Source: a virus
Lineage: Duplodnaviria; Caudoviricetes
Length of the DNA stretch: 61,432 nt
IMG/VR virus record: IMGVR_UViG_3300045243_000055
Span: 1-61,432 of that record
Direction: 5' to 3' (one strand)
Both the position numbers and the translations under genes were made by a program. Each line of letters opens with the position of its first letter. Within the stretch, counting starts at the first letter, position 1. The notes below the pieces were generated by a model, which worked only from the letters and a program-made list of their open reading frames with translations, ran no database searches and was not told where the DNA came from. Below, one piece after another: positions 38,242-48,564 of the stretch.

Positions 38242-38751
38242 ATGATGCGCGGCCGCAAGCCGAAACCCACCGCTCTGCACGCGCTGCACGGAGACCCGTC
38301 GCATCTGCGTGGCAAGGTCGCGTCGCGGCAAAAGATGGAGCCGGCCGAACCATCAACGCTCGAGCCGCCGGACGACTTCACCGCGGTGCAGCGCGCCGAG
38401 TGGGACGAGGCGATCGCGCACGCGCCGCCCGGGATCCTGCGTCGCATCGACGCCGGCGCGTTGCGCGTGTGGGTGATCGCCTCTGATCTGCACCGGCAGG
38501 CGCGGCAGGAGCTCGCCAGTGGCGGCCTTCTGGTCGATGGCAAGCAATCGGTCCACCTGCTGATCCTCAACCGCCAGGCGGCCATCATCCTGCGCGCGGC
38601 CGAACAGCTTGGGTTCACGCCAGTGTCCCGACCCCGCCTCGCTAACGGTCTCATGCCGTTGCCAGATGCCACGCCCATCCGCACCGCGCGCGCCGATGTG
38701 GAGCTGGACGAGTACCTGTCAGTGCGACCCCGGATCCCTTCGCTGCATTGA
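38242..38751 (+). CDS. Terminase small subunit (P27-like)
   Basis: RGRKPKPTAL..GDP..LGFTPVSR. Confidence 0.85.
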   Translation: MMRGRKPKPTALHALHGDPSHLRGKVASRQKMEPAEPSTLEPPDDFTAVQRAEWDEAIAHAPPGILRRIDAGALRVWVIASDLHRQARQELASGGLLVDGKQSVHLLILNRQAAIILRAAEQLGFTPVSRPRLANGLMPLPDATPIRTARADVELDEYLSVRPRIPSLH

Positions 38752-38754
38752 ACA

Positions 38755-40467
38755 ATGGCCCGTCGGCGCGTCACCCTCCCACGGCGTCCGCAACGCTCGG
38801 TCGATCCGGTCAGTGCCTATGCCCACGACATCTGCACCGGGCGGATCGTCTCGTGCCGCTACGTGCGCCTGGCCTGCGAGCGGCACTTCGACGATCTGGC
38901 AAAGGGGGCCAAGCGCGGCCTGGTCTTCAGCCCTGAGTGGGCGCGTTACGCGGTACGGTTCTTCAGCGACTATCTGCGCCACAGCAAGGCTGAGTGGCAT
39001 GGCAAGCCGGTGGTGCTCGCGCCCTGGCAGGAGTTCGTGGTCGGCAGCGTCTATGGCTGGTATCGCCGCGACGGCACGCGCCGGTTTCGCTCGGTCTACG
39101 AGGAAGTGGCCCGCAAGAACGGCAAGAGCACCCTGTCGGCCGGCGTCGGCATCTTCGCCCTGGTGGCTGACCAAGAGCCGGGGGCCGAGGTCTACGCGGC
39201 GGCGACCAAGAAGGAACAGGCCCTCATCATCTTCGCCGAGGCGCAACGCATGGTGCGCGCCTCCCCCGACCTGCGCCGGAAGGTCGCTGTGTTCAAGGCC
39301 AACCTCTCGATCGACGGCACGGCGAGCAAGTTCGAGCCGCTGTCGTCGGATGAACGCACCCTCGATGGCCTGAACCCGCATTGCGTGCTGATCGACGAGC
39401 TGCACAAGCACCGGACCCGCGCCGTGCTCGATGTCCTCGACACCGCGATGGGCGCGCGACGTCAGCCCTTGCTCTGGATCATCACCACGGCGGGCGATGA
39501 CAACCCGGAGTCGGTCTACGCCAAGGAAAACGGCTACGCGGTTCAGGTGCTCGAGCGCACCGTGCAGGACGACAGCTACCTGGCGCTGATCTACACGCTG
39601 GATCAGGGCGATGCCTGGGACGACCCGAAAGTCTGGATCAAGGCGAACCCGAACCTCGGCGTCAGCGTCAAGCTGGACGACCTCAAGCGCCAGGCATTGA
39701 AGGCGGCGCACAGCCCGCCGGCGCTGGTCGCGTTCAAGCGGCTACGCTTGAACATCAGGACGTCGGACGCCACGCGAGCGATCGACATGGACGTGTGGCG
39801 CAGGAATACCGAGGGTCCATTTGATCCCGCGATGCTGCATGGCCGCGCGTTCTTCGGCGCGCTCGATCTGTCCTCGAAGATCGACCTTTCCGCATGGGTG
39901 AAGCTGTTTCCCCCGGTCGAGGATGGCGAACGCTGGCGCGTGGTTTGCCGCTTCTGGATGCCAGGGGACACGGTCGAGGAGAAGTCAACCCGCGACCGGG
40001 TGCAGTATCAGCGCTGGATCACTGCCGGTCTGATCGAGGCGACGGTCGGCAACGTGATCGACCACAATGAGATCCAGGCGGCGGTGATCGAGGATTGCCG
40101 ATTGTTCGAGGCGGTGTCGATCGCCTTCGATCCCTGGAACGCGGCGCAGTTGGCCTCCAGCCTCGCGGATCAGGCATTGCCGGTGCACGAGTTCATCCAG
40201 GGCATCAGGAGCTACACGGCGCCGTGCAAGGAGCTCGAGGCGCGGCTGCTGGCCGAGCGGATCGAGCACGGCGGCAATGAAGTGCTGGCCTGGATGGCGA
40301 GCAACCTGATGGTGCAGACCGACAAGAACGACAACCGGATGCCCACCAAGAAGCACTCGATTGGTCGTATCGATGGTTTGACGGCGCTGATTATGGCCGT
40401 CGGCAGGTCAATGGTGGAGGACGATCGGCCGTACGCTGACGGGCGCGACCTGCTGATCCTCGAATAG
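38755..40467 (+). CDS. Terminase large subunit
   Basis: VARKNGKS, LIDELH, ITTAG, ALDLS, RIDG. Confidence 0.95.
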   Translation: MARRRVTLPRRPQRSVDPVSAYAHDICTGRIVSCRYVRLACERHFDDLAKGAKRGLVFSPEWARYAVRFFSDYLRHSKAEWHGKPVVLAPWQEFVVGSVYGWYRRDGTRRFRSVYEEVARKNGKSTLSAGVGIFALVADQEPGAEVYAAATKKEQALIIFAEAQRMVRASPDLRRKVAVFKANLSIDGTASKFEPLSSDERTLDGLNPHCVLIDELHKHRTRAVLDVLDTAMGARRQPLLWIITTAGDDNPESVYAKENGYAVQVLERTVQDDSYLALIYTLDQGDAWDDPKVWIKANPNLGVSVKLDDLKRQALKAAHSPPALVAFKRLRLNIRTSDATRAIDMDVWRRNTEGPFDPAMLHGRAFFGALDLSSKIDLSAWVKLFPPVEDGERWRVVCRFWMPGDTVEEKSTRDRVQYQRWITAGLIEATVGNVIDHNEIQAAVIEDCRLFEAVSIAFDPWNAAQLASSLADQALPVHEFIQGIRSYTAPCKELEARLLAERIEHGGNEVLAWMASNLMVQTDKNDNRMPTKKHSIGRIDGLTALIMAVGRSMVEDDRPYADGRDLLILE

Positions 40468-40482
40468 CCGGGAGGCTGATCT

Positions 40483-41817
40483 ATGGGCTTCTGGCAAAGG
40501 GTCGCAGATTTCGCCAATCGACGCGCCGCCGACGGCGACGGCAAGGATACCGACCGGCTGTTCGGAGAGTGGGACGGCTACGGCGCGTCGAGCAGCGGCA
40601 TCGACGTCAACGGCATCAGCGCCATGCGCCATGTCGTGGTGATGGCCTGCGTGGCGATCTTGGCCGAGGACGTGGCGAAGATACCGCTCGGCGTGTTTCG
40701 CCGCCTGCCGAACGGCGGCAAGGAGCCGGCGACCGACCACTATCTGCACCGCCTGCTTCGCGCGCCGAATGAATGGCAATCGGCGTTTGAATTCAAAGAA
40801 ATGCTTCAGGCGTCGCTCGTCTTGCGGGGCAACGCCTATGCGGTGGCGGTCAGGAACGGCCGCGGCGTGCCGATCCGGCTGGTGCCGCTCTACCCCGATC
40901 GCGTTGGCATCTGGGAAGCCCCTGACGGCAGTTGGTTCTACTGGGTCACGCGGAACGGGTTGCACGAGCTCGCGGTGCTTCGCGAGCAGCCGCTGATGAT
41001 CCCGTCCGAGGACGTGCTGCATCTGCGCTGGATGCCGCAGTGGAATTCGCTCTACGGGTCCTCACGCCTGACGATGGTGCGCGAGTCGGTCGGCCTGTCG
41101 ATGGGCCTCGAGGAACACCAGGCGCGCTTCGTCGGTCAGGGCACGCGGACGAGCGGGATCCTGAGCACGGACGCCAAACTGACGCCTGAGGCCCGCAAGA
41201 TGCTTGAGGACCGCTGGCAGCGCACCAAAGCAGGTCCGAGCAACTCCGGCGGCACCGCGCTGCTCGAGCAGGGCATAAAATGGCAACCGCTCGGCCTGAC
41301 GATGGTCGACAGTCAGTTCATTGAGAGCCGCAACTTTCAGATCCGCGATATTGCCCGCGCCTTCGACGTGCCGCCCTACAAGCTCGCCATCGAGGGCGAG
41401 AATGAGGGCCCGGCGATGGTGCAGATGGGCCAGCAGTATTTGAACGGACCGATCTCGGGGTATTGCGAACGCTGGAAAGCCCGCTGCGAGCTGTTCTTCG
41501 ACCTCGACGGCGAGGCCCTATTTCTCGACTGGGACTACGGGCACTTCCTGAAGGCCGATTTGTTGTCGCGTTTCACCGCCTACCGGCAGGCGATCGGGGG
41601 GCCGTGGATGTCGGTCAACGAGGGCCGGCGCGGCGAGGGACTGTCCAACGTGCCCAACGGCGATGACGTGCTGCAGGCGACGAACATGGCGCCCCTCGGC
41701 TGGATCCCGCCCGACAAGGATGCCGGCCCGGGCAGCGACCAGACCGGCAAGCCCGCGCAGGGCGGTGACGGCGATCCGGAGCGCAACCCTGCCGACGATC
41801 CCGCGCCCGGCGTGTAA
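40483..41817 (+). CDS. Portal protein (HK97 family)
   Basis: VMACVAILAEDVAKIP, GNAY, QFIESR..IARAFDVPP. Confidence 0.95.
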   Translation: MGFWQRVADFANRRAADGDGKDTDRLFGEWDGYGASSSGIDVNGISAMRHVVVMACVAILAEDVAKIPLGVFRRLPNGGKEPATDHYLHRLLRAPNEWQSAFEFKEMLQASLVLRGNAYAVAVRNGRGVPIRLVPLYPDRVGIWEAPDGSWFYWVTRNGLHELAVLREQPLMIPSEDVLHLRWMPQWNSLYGSSRLTMVRESVGLSMGLEEHQARFVGQGTRTSGILSTDAKLTPEARKMLEDRWQRTKAGPSNSGGTALLEQGIKWQPLGLTMVDSQFIESRNFQIRDIARAFDVPPYKLAIEGENEGPAMVQMGQQYLNGPISGYCERWKARCELFFDLDGEALFLDWDYGHFLKADLLSRFTAYRQAIGGPWMSVNEGRRGEGLSNVPNGDDVLQATNMAPLGWIPPDKDAGPGSDQTGKPAQGGDGDPERNPADDPAPGV

Positions 41818-41837
41818 CCCGAACATAGGAGACCAAC

Positions 41838-42341
41838 ATGGCCCAGCGAACCGGCAAGGCCGCGCCTGAGTTGACCGAGGACGAACTGCACAACGTCGCG
41901 GTGAACTACTACGCGCAGATGTCGCACGCCCGGAACGGCGACTATCAGGCGATGGTCGCCGCACTCGAGGCGCTGGCCTCCGTCGTGCTGCCGCCGCTGC
42001 CGGTGGCGCCGGTGAACGTCGATGTGCCCTTCGTCGCGCAGACTGGTGCCACCCTCAACTGCACAATGGGCAACTGGCAGGGCGAGCCGGATACCTACGC
42101 CTATCAATGGCAGTTGGACGGGGTGAACGCCGGCACCGACGCGGCGGATTACACGGTGACGCCAGAGGACATCGGCAAGACCGCGACCTGCATCGTCACG
42201 GCAACCAACGTGATCGGCGAGACGACGGCGCCGCCATCCAACGCCGTGGTCATCGCCGACCTGGCGGCCGGCACCCAGGCGGCCCGCGGCGCGCACCGGA
42301 ACCACGCGACGCGCCATGAACCCGAGCACAAGCCGGGCTGA
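41838..42341 (+). CDS. Ig-like domain protein
   Basis: GATLNCTMGNW..YAYQWQ..YTVTPEDIGKT.TC.VTATN; AGGAG RBS. Confidence 0.7.
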   Translation: MAQRTGKAAPELTEDELHNVAVNYYAQMSHARNGDYQAMVAALEALASVVLPPLPVAPVNVDVPFVAQTGATLNCTMGNWQGEPDTYAYQWQLDGVNAGTDAADYTVTPEDIGKTATCIVTATNVIGETTAPPSNAVVIADLAAGTQAARGAHRNHATRHEPEHKPG

Positions 42342-42346
42342 CCCCG

Positions 42347-42520
42347 ATGGGTCTGATCCTGATAATCCTGCTGCTCGTCCTGCTGCTGGGCGGCGGGGGC
42401 TACTACGGGCCGAGGTACGGCTGGGGGGCCTACCAATACGGCGGCGGGCTCGGCCTCGTCGTGCTGATCCTCGTGCTGCTGCTGGTGTTCGGCCTGCTGC
42501 CGATGCCGCATTGGCGCTGA
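42347..42520 (+). CDS. 57-aa membrane protein (DUF3309-like; not in ORF track)
   Basis: MGLILIILLLVLLLGGGGYYGPRYGWG..GGGLGLVVLILVLLLVFG. Confidence 0.7.
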   Translation: MGLILIILLLVLLLGGGGYYGPRYGWGAYQYGGGLGLVVLILVLLLVFGLLPMPHWR

Positions 42521-42607
42521 CGGCCAAGATCCCACGCGGTGAGGCCGGACGGTGACACCCTCCGTCGAGGGATGGCGGCCCCTGACCTGTGACGGAGGGC
42601 GATCACC

Positions 42608-42760
42608 ATGGTGGACGTGCTCGAAATCATCTGCCTGTTCCTGCTGACGTGGTTCGCGGGGATGCCGCAGCCGATCTGGGTTGTGACGATCATCCTTGAA
42701 GCGATCGCGCTCGTGCTGGTGGTCGAACCCCTGGCGTTCCGCCACGCCCCGCTCTGGTGA
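42608..42760 (+). CDS. 50-aa membrane protein (not in ORF track)
   Basis: GGAGG RBS; MVDVLEIICLFLLTWFAGMPQPIWVVTIILEAIALVLVVEP. Confidence 0.55.
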   Translation: MVDVLEIICLFLLTWFAGMPQPIWVVTIILEAIALVLVVEPLAFRHAPLW

Positions 42761-42767
42761 GGTCTCC

Positions 42768-43967
42768 ATGAACCTGATCGACGTTGCCAGCTTCCGCGCC
42801 TTTGCGCTGAAGAACGAGCGGCCCGCCGGTGGCGTGTATCGCATCAGCACCGCTGATCCGGTCGAGGCCGGCGAGCGGTCCCTGCGCTTCGTGTTCAGCG
42901 ACGGCAGCATCGACCGCATGGGCGATACCATCGACCCCGAGGGGTGGGTGACGGACAAGTTCCTCGAAAACCCTGTCGCGCTGTGGGCGCACGATGCGTC
43001 GGCCCCGCCGATCGGCCGCGCCAGCAACCTCGCGGTCGAGGACACGCGACTGCTGGGCGACATAGAGTTCGCCGACGCCGGCACCTACGCCTTCGCCGAG
43101 ACCATCTACCGGCTGCTGCTCGGCCGGTTCCTGCGTGCCGTCAGCGTCGGCTTCCTGCCGCTCGAATACTCGTTCGTCGAGAACGACCCGTCACGCGGCT
43201 TCGGCATCGACTTTAAGCGCCAGGAGCTTCTGGAAATCTCGGTCTGCCCGGTGCCCGCCAACGCCAATGCGCTGGTCGCGGCACGCAGCAAAGGCATCGA
43301 CACGCGCCCGCTCGCCGAGTGGGCCGAACGCACTCTCGATGGCGCGGGCGTCGAGAGCAATCGCGTGCTGGTCTCCCGCAAGGAACTCGAAGCCCTCCGT
43401 CAAGCCGCAAAGGAGAAGCCAATGGCACGCCGCCCTGGCACGCGCAGGCGTGCCGAAGACGATCCCGAGGACAAGCCGGACGACACTGAGGACAAGGCCC
43501 CTGGTGGCGCCACATGCGGGCGCAAAGCCGGGGACTCTTGCGGGATGATCGATCCCAACGAATGTGCCATCCACGGCAAGGGCGGCGCCAAGCAGGATGA
43601 TGACGACGACAACGAGAAACGGCTGCGCCGCCTCGAGAAGCTAGTGCAACGCCTGGTGGAAATGTCGCTCGTGGCCGGCGTCACGCTGCGCGAGGTCGGG
43701 GATGATCCCGATGATGATCTGCCGACCGAGCACCACGACGCGATCGCGATGGCGCACAAGCACATCAAGTCGGCGCACGCCTTCGGGAAGGCGGAGACCG
43801 AGTGCACGCGTAAGGCGATCGGCCTCCTGAGCGACGTCGTCGAGTCACTGAACGGCGGCGACGAGGACCCTGACGGGGACGATCCCGACGATAAGCCCGA
43901 TCCGGAGGAACGCGCGCGGCAGTTGAGGCGCGCCGAGGCGTTGCGGAGCCGCCTGCGCTCGGTCTGA
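42768..43967 (+). CDS. HK97-type prohead protease with acidic C-terminal extension
   Basis: DRMGD, NPVALWAHD, SVGF, ELLEISVCPVPAN. Confidence 0.9.
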   Translation: MNLIDVASFRAFALKNERPAGGVYRISTADPVEAGERSLRFVFSDGSIDRMGDTIDPEGWVTDKFLENPVALWAHDASAPPIGRASNLAVEDTRLLGDIEFADAGTYAFAETIYRLLLGRFLRAVSVGFLPLEYSFVENDPSRGFGIDFKRQELLEISVCPVPANANALVAARSKGIDTRPLAEWAERTLDGAGVESNRVLVSRKELEALRQAAKEKPMARRPGTRRRAEDDPEDKPDDTEDKAPGGATCGRKAGDSCGMIDPNECAIHGKGGAKQDDDDDNEKRLRRLEKLVQRLVEMSLVAGVTLREVGDDPDDDLPTEHHDAIAMAHKHIKSAHAFGKAETECTRKAIGLLSDVVESLNGGDEDPDGDDPDDKPDPEERARQLRRAEALRSRLRSV

Positions 43968-44057
43968 CCGGCGCAACTGCCCTTTAACCCGCCCTTGGGC
44001 AAGGTGTGTCCGGACCGTCGCGGTGACGGCCCATCCTCTCAATGGAGCCCCTAAAAC

Positions 44058-45431
44058 ATGAGCACTCTGCACGCGCTCCGTGCCGCGCTGGGCACGGCAG
44101 TGGACGCCTTGCCCAGACTGGCAGGCACCAAAGACTTCGCGGTCAAGGAGCGCGAGATCGAAGAGATCGAGCGCAAGATCATCGACCTGGAAAAGGCCCA
44201 GGCGCGGCAGGCCAAACTCGCCCGCCCGGCGCCGCGTGGCGGCAATGACGATGATGGCGCCGAGGAAATCAACCCGATGCAGCGCACGCTGTCGCAGATC
44301 CGTGGCATGGACCCGCGCCCCGGCAAGCTGCGCGGCTTCGACGACTATCTCGGCCTCGCTCGCAGGGGGATGGAATTCACCCCGCGCGCCGACACGCATT
44401 TCCGGGGCTTCGGCGAGCAGCTACAGGCGATCTTCCGCCACTACAGCAGCAAGGGCTCCGACACCGACCGCCGCCTCGTGCGTGCGCCGACCGGGGCATC
44501 CGAGGTCGATCCGACCGGCGGAGGGTTCTTGGTGCAGGTGGACTTCGCCGCCTCGATCTTCATGCTGGCCCACGACCTCGGGAAGATCATCGGCGAGGTC
44601 AACAAGATCCCGATCAGCGCTAATTCCAACGGCCTCAAAATTCCCGGCGTCGACGAGACCAGCCGCGCCACCGGATCACGCTGGGGCGGCGTCACCAGCA
44701 CGTGGATCGGCGAAGGCACCGCAGTCGCCCCGTCGCGGCCGAAGTTCCGTCTCGTCGAGTTCGACCTGAAGAAGCTGATGTCCGTGATGTATTGCACGGA
44801 CGAACTGCTGCAGGACCAGGCGGCTCTCACATCCATCGCCTCGCAGGCGTTCAGCGAGGAAATCATGTGGATGACCGAAGACGCCATCTTCGAGGGCAGT
44901 GGCGCCGGGATGCCGTTGGGGGTGATGAACTCCGGCGCCAAGATCGCCGTTCCCAAGGATAGCGGGCAGGCCGCCGGCACCTTCACCGCCAGCAACGCGA
45001 TCAATATGTGGGCGCGGCTGTGGGCCCGCAGCATGACCAACGCCAAATGGTACATGCAGCAGGACATCATGCCCTCGCTCATGCAGATGGGCGTGGGCGT
45101 GTCCAGCGCCGGCGGCCAGTTGGTCTTCATGCCGCCCGGCGGACTGTCCGGCGCTCCCTACGGCACGCTGATGGGCCGCGAGATCGTGTTCACCGAGTAT
45201 GCCTCGACGCTGGGCGGCGAGGGCGACGTGCTGCTGGCCGATTTGAGCCAGTACACCTTGGTCGACAAGAACGGCGTGCAAGCGGCGACCTCGATGCACG
45301 TGGCCTTTCTCACCGACGAGATGGTGTTCCGCATCACCTACCGGGTGGACGGAAGGCCGATGTGGTACGTGCCGATTACTCCCAACAAGGGCCTCACCAA
45401 GAGCCCCTTCATCACCTTGCAGTCCCGCTAG
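44058..45431 (+). CDS. Major capsid protein (HK97 fold)
   Basis: GGFLVQ, TDELLQD, GSGAGMPLG, AFLTDEMVFR..RVDG. Confidence 0.9.
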   Translation: MSTLHALRAALGTAVDALPRLAGTKDFAVKEREIEEIERKIIDLEKAQARQAKLARPAPRGGNDDDGAEEINPMQRTLSQIRGMDPRPGKLRGFDDYLGLARRGMEFTPRADTHFRGFGEQLQAIFRHYSSKGSDTDRRLVRAPTGASEVDPTGGGFLVQVDFAASIFMLAHDLGKIIGEVNKIPISANSNGLKIPGVDETSRATGSRWGGVTSTWIGEGTAVAPSRPKFRLVEFDLKKLMSVMYCTDELLQDQAALTSIASQAFSEEIMWMTEDAIFEGSGAGMPLGVMNSGAKIAVPKDSGQAAGTFTASNAINMWARLWARSMTNAKWYMQQDIMPSLMQMGVGVSSAGGQLVFMPPGGLSGAPYGTLMGREIVFTEYASTLGGEGDVLLADLSQYTLVDKNGVQAATSMHVAFLTDEMVFRITYRVDGRPMWYVPITPNKGLTKSPFITLQSR

Positions 45432-45583
45432 CCAGCTTCGACCGGCAGGCCGTTTCCTCCCTCGGTCGGGGGCCTCGGCGTGGCGCTCCCGTCGGCGTCA
45501 CGCCGTCCGCATCTGCGACGCGATCCCCCATCGCGCCGTCCCGTCCTTAATGCCGCGCTGGGGGGCGGCAGGAGCACACCACC

Positions 45584-46072
45584 ATGGCTCGCCAATTCAG
45601 CCTCGTCGCACAGATCCCACCCATCGAACTGTTGCCGCCGGCAGCCGACGCGGCGGGGCGCACCAGCCCGTTCCGCAGCCTGCGCAACGCGCTCAAGGCC
45701 TATGTCGAGGTTCACATGGCGCAGGGCGCGGCCAACACCGTCGCGCTGTCGCTACAGCAGGCCACCAACGTCTCCGGTGCCGGCGGCAAGGCGCTCGGCT
45801 CGACGCCGATCTGGTCGAACCTGAACACCACCGCCTCCGACGCGCTCGTGTCGCGGCCGCCCGCCGCCGGCTACACCACCGACGCTGGGGTGTTCGGAAA
45901 GATCGTCGTCTTCGAGATCACGCCGGAGTCCTGCATGGACGTCGCCGGGGGTTATGACTGCATCGCGCTGACCACCGGGGCGAGTGCCGCCGGCAACATC
46001 ACGTCGGCGCGGCTGCACATCCTCGGCGCCTTCCAGGGCGCCACGTTGCCGAACAGCTACGTTGACATCTGA
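45584..46072 (+). CDS. Capsid-associated hypothetical protein
   Basis: AGGAG RBS; follows the capsid gene. Confidence 0.6.
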   Translation: MARQFSLVAQIPPIELLPPAADAAGRTSPFRSLRNALKAYVEVHMAQGAANTVALSLQQATNVSGAGGKALGSTPIWSNLNTTASDALVSRPPAAGYTTDAGVFGKIVVFEITPESCMDVAGGYDCIALTTGASAAGNITSARLHILGAFQGATLPNSYVDI

Positions 46073-46161
46073 TCCCAAGGGGCCGGGCCGCCTGATACGG
46101 GCGGCCCGCTACCTCGACCGCATGATGCGGCCCGGGCGCTATCCGAGGAAGGGTCACAAGC

Positions 46162-46797
46162 ATGGCGAGCAACCTAATCGTGACGGTGCCACCGGCGAGC
46201 GAGCCGGTGACGCTGGACCAAGCCCGCCGTCATTGCCGCATCGACCTCACCGCCGATGACGACCTAATCGCCATCTACATGACCACCGCGCGCACCATGG
46301 CCGAGCGCTATCTGTCGCGCTGCCTGCTCACCCAAACGCTGCTCTACACCGTGCTGCCGGAGCCGGTGCTGCGGCCCGATCGGCACTTCTTCGAGAACCC
46401 TCTCGAACTTCCCCGTGCGCCGGTGCAGTCGGTCTCGTCGGTCGTGGTGACGGACGACCGGGGCAATGTCACGACGATCCCGCCGACCGTGGTGCCCTTC
46501 ATGCCACCGCCGCGCACCGGCTACATCCCGCTGCTCGGCGTGACGCCGCCGCAGGTGCGCGTCGGCCTGGAAACTGAGATGACCGACGGACGGATGCTGC
46601 GCAACGCGCAGATCGGCTCGCTCGCCGTCAACTTCATCGCCGGCTACGGCAACGACCCGACCACGGTGCCGAGCAACATCCTGCAGGCCGTCCTGATGAC
46701 GACGGCATGGCTATACGAGCAGAGAGGCGACGTCGGCGCAGACCTGCCGCAAGCCGTGCAATGGCTGCTGGATCCTGACCGGCTGATGTGGGTGTGA
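46162..46797 (+). CDS. Head-tail connector (gp6-like)
   Basis: EPVTLDQARRHCRID, AGYG, WLYEQRG. Confidence 0.85.
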   Translation: MASNLIVTVPPASEPVTLDQARRHCRIDLTADDDLIAIYMTTARTMAERYLSRCLLTQTLLYTVLPEPVLRPDRHFFENPLELPRAPVQSVSSVVVTDDRGNVTTIPPTVVPFMPPPRTGYIPLLGVTPPQVRVGLETEMTDGRMLRNAQIGSLAVNFIAGYGNDPTTVPSNILQAVLMTTAWLYEQRGDVGADLPQAVQWLLDPDRLMWV

Positions 46798-46798
46798 C

Positions 46799-47176
46799 GT
46801 GCCGCGTGACGACAACCCGGCGATCGGCACGCTGCGCTGGGTGGTGACCGTCGCCCAGCGCGGGCAGGCCGCCGACCCGGTGACGATGGGCATCGTCGAG
46901 ACGTTCCGCGATATCCTCGAGGTCCGCGCCAACGTCCAGCCAGTTGGCAGCTTGACCTTCTATGCCGGGATGCAGGTCGATGTGCGTGCCACGCATATCG
47001 TCACGCTGCGGTTCCTCGACTGGATCGACACCACGCATGTCGTGTTCCGCCGCTCGCTGCGGCCGGACCAGACCGTGCGCGAGGAAATGTTCCGCATCCA
47101 CCGCATCCGCGAGATCGAGGGGCGCAAGCGCTTCGTGGCCCTCGACTGCGAGTTGGAGAAACGCGCCGATGGCTGA
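46799..47176 (+). CDS. Head closure protein
   Basis: IGTLRWVVTV, THIVTLR; synteny. Confidence 0.7.
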   Translation: MPRDDNPAIGTLRWVVTVAQRGQAADPVTMGIVETFRDILEVRANVQPVGSLTFYAGMQVDVRATHIVTLRFLDWIDTTHVVFRRSLRPDQTVREEMFRIHRIREIEGRKRFVALDCELEKRADG

Positions 47177-47711
47177 CCTGTTCTCCCTGGACGTCTCCGT
47201 GCCGCCGGAAATGCAGCTATCGGTCGGGCGCAAGAAGCTCGGCCAAGTGCTGCGCGCCGCCGGCACCGAGGTCGCGGCCCGCGCCCGCGCGCTGATCCGC
47301 GCCCGTCGTCTCGGTGGCAAGAAGCACGTCTCGATGCCCGGCGCTCCGCCAGTCAGCCGCACTGGCGTGCTGGCGTCCTCGATCAAGGTCAGGCTCGCGC
47401 GGAATAGTCGGACGGTGAACATCATCGACGCCGCCGCAGCGAAGAACCAGGGCTACTACGCGCTGTTCCTCGAAAAGGGCGCCAAGGGCGGCGGTGGCGA
47501 TACGCGCCGCGCCAACATGCACGTCACCAAGAGCGGCACGCTGCGCATGAACAAGTCGGCCGTTAACCGCAGCCGCGTCCTGCTGCCGCACCCGTTCCTA
47601 TCGCGCGCGCTCAATGAGGTCAGCGCCGCCGGGCTCAACGAGCGCATCGGCGCCGCGATCATCGCCGACATCAAGTTCCGCCGTGCCGCGCGTGGTGCGT
47701 TGCCGAAGTGA
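47169..47711 (+). CDS. HK97 gp10-like neck protein
   Basis: PGAPPVSRTGVLASSI, YALFLEKG, PHPFL. Confidence 0.75.
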   Translation: MADLFSLDVSVPPEMQLSVGRKKLGQVLRAAGTEVAARARALIRARRLGGKKHVSMPGAPPVSRTGVLASSIKVRLARNSRTVNIIDAAAAKNQGYYALFLEKGAKGGGGDTRRANMHVTKSGTLRMNKSAVNRSRVLLPHPFLSRALNEVSAAGLNERIGAAIIADIKFRRAARGALPK

Positions 47712-48319
47712 ACCTCGACCTCGTGATCGGACAGGTGCGGCAGTACTGCGCGCCATTGCAGGGTCGTGTCGGTGGTGCGGCTGACTTCGATACCGGCACT
47801 GAGCACATCGTCGCGTTCACCGACAGCAAGGGCGCGCTGGTCTATCCGACCGCCGTTGTGATCCCGCTCGATGACGAGGCGACCGACCTCGATCCGATGT
47901 CCGGCCCGAACCTCAACCAGATGGTCACCGAGCGCATCGGCATCATTGTAGAATTCGATGCGACCGCCGACCGGCGCGGCCAGGGCGGCGTGGATCAGGT
48001 CCACGCGATGAAATACGCGCTGCACGGCGCGCTGCTGAACTGGAACCCCGATCCTGTCCATAGCACCAGCGGCCTGCGCTATGCCGGAGGCCGGCTGATC
48101 GAGTTCGATCGCGCGCGGCTGTTCTGGCAGTACGACTACTCGATCGAGGTCCAACTGACCGATGGCGACGGGTTCGCCATCAGTGGCGATCCGCTGCTGG
48201 GGATCACCAGCACCTTCACCACCCTCGATCCGCCGGTCGTGTTTATCGCCGGGGTCGAGGACATCGAGCCCGGCGCAGCGGACGACTTCACCGAGGACTT
48301 CACCGAGGACTTTGCCTAA
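47708..48319 (+). CDS. Tail terminator-like protein
   Basis: ALLNWNP, GGRLIEFDRARLFWQY; synteny before sheath. Confidence 0.7.
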   Translation: MNLDLVIGQVRQYCAPLQGRVGGAADFDTGTEHIVAFTDSKGALVYPTAVVIPLDDEATDLDPMSGPNLNQMVTERIGIIVEFDATADRRGQGGVDQVHAMKYALHGALLNWNPDPVHSTSGLRYAGGRLIEFDRARLFWQYDYSIEVQLTDGDGFAISGDPLLGITSTFTTLDPPVVFIAGVEDIEPGAADDFTEDFTEDFA

Positions 48320-48342
48320 GCGCCCAGCCACGGAGGCCCTTC

Positions 48343-48561
48343 ATGTTCGTCAAGCCTGCCGCCGACCCGGAGCGTCCGGGCGAATGCCTCATCGTGCGCG
48401 ATCCAACCGATCCGCGCCGCGTGATCCCGGCGGAAGGGGCCGAAGTTCCCGACACGCAGTACTGGCACGCGCGTCTGCGCGACGGCGACATCGAACTGGC
48501 CGATGCGCCGGAACCGGAATTGCCAGAAGCGACGGCGATCAAGCCCGCCAGGGAGGCATAA
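48343..48561 (+). CDS. DUF2635 / Mu gp38-like protein
   Basis: VRDP..IPAEGAEVPDTQYWHARLRDGD. Confidence 0.75.
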   Translation: MFVKPAADPERPGECLIVRDPTDPRRVIPAEGAEVPDTQYWHARLRDGDIELADAPEPELPEATAIKPAREA

Positions 48562-48564
48562 GCC

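Noticed and set aside
48281-48316. GACTTCACCGAG tandem repeat
   Set aside because: Encodes the C-terminal DFTEDFTEDF peptide; a coding repeat
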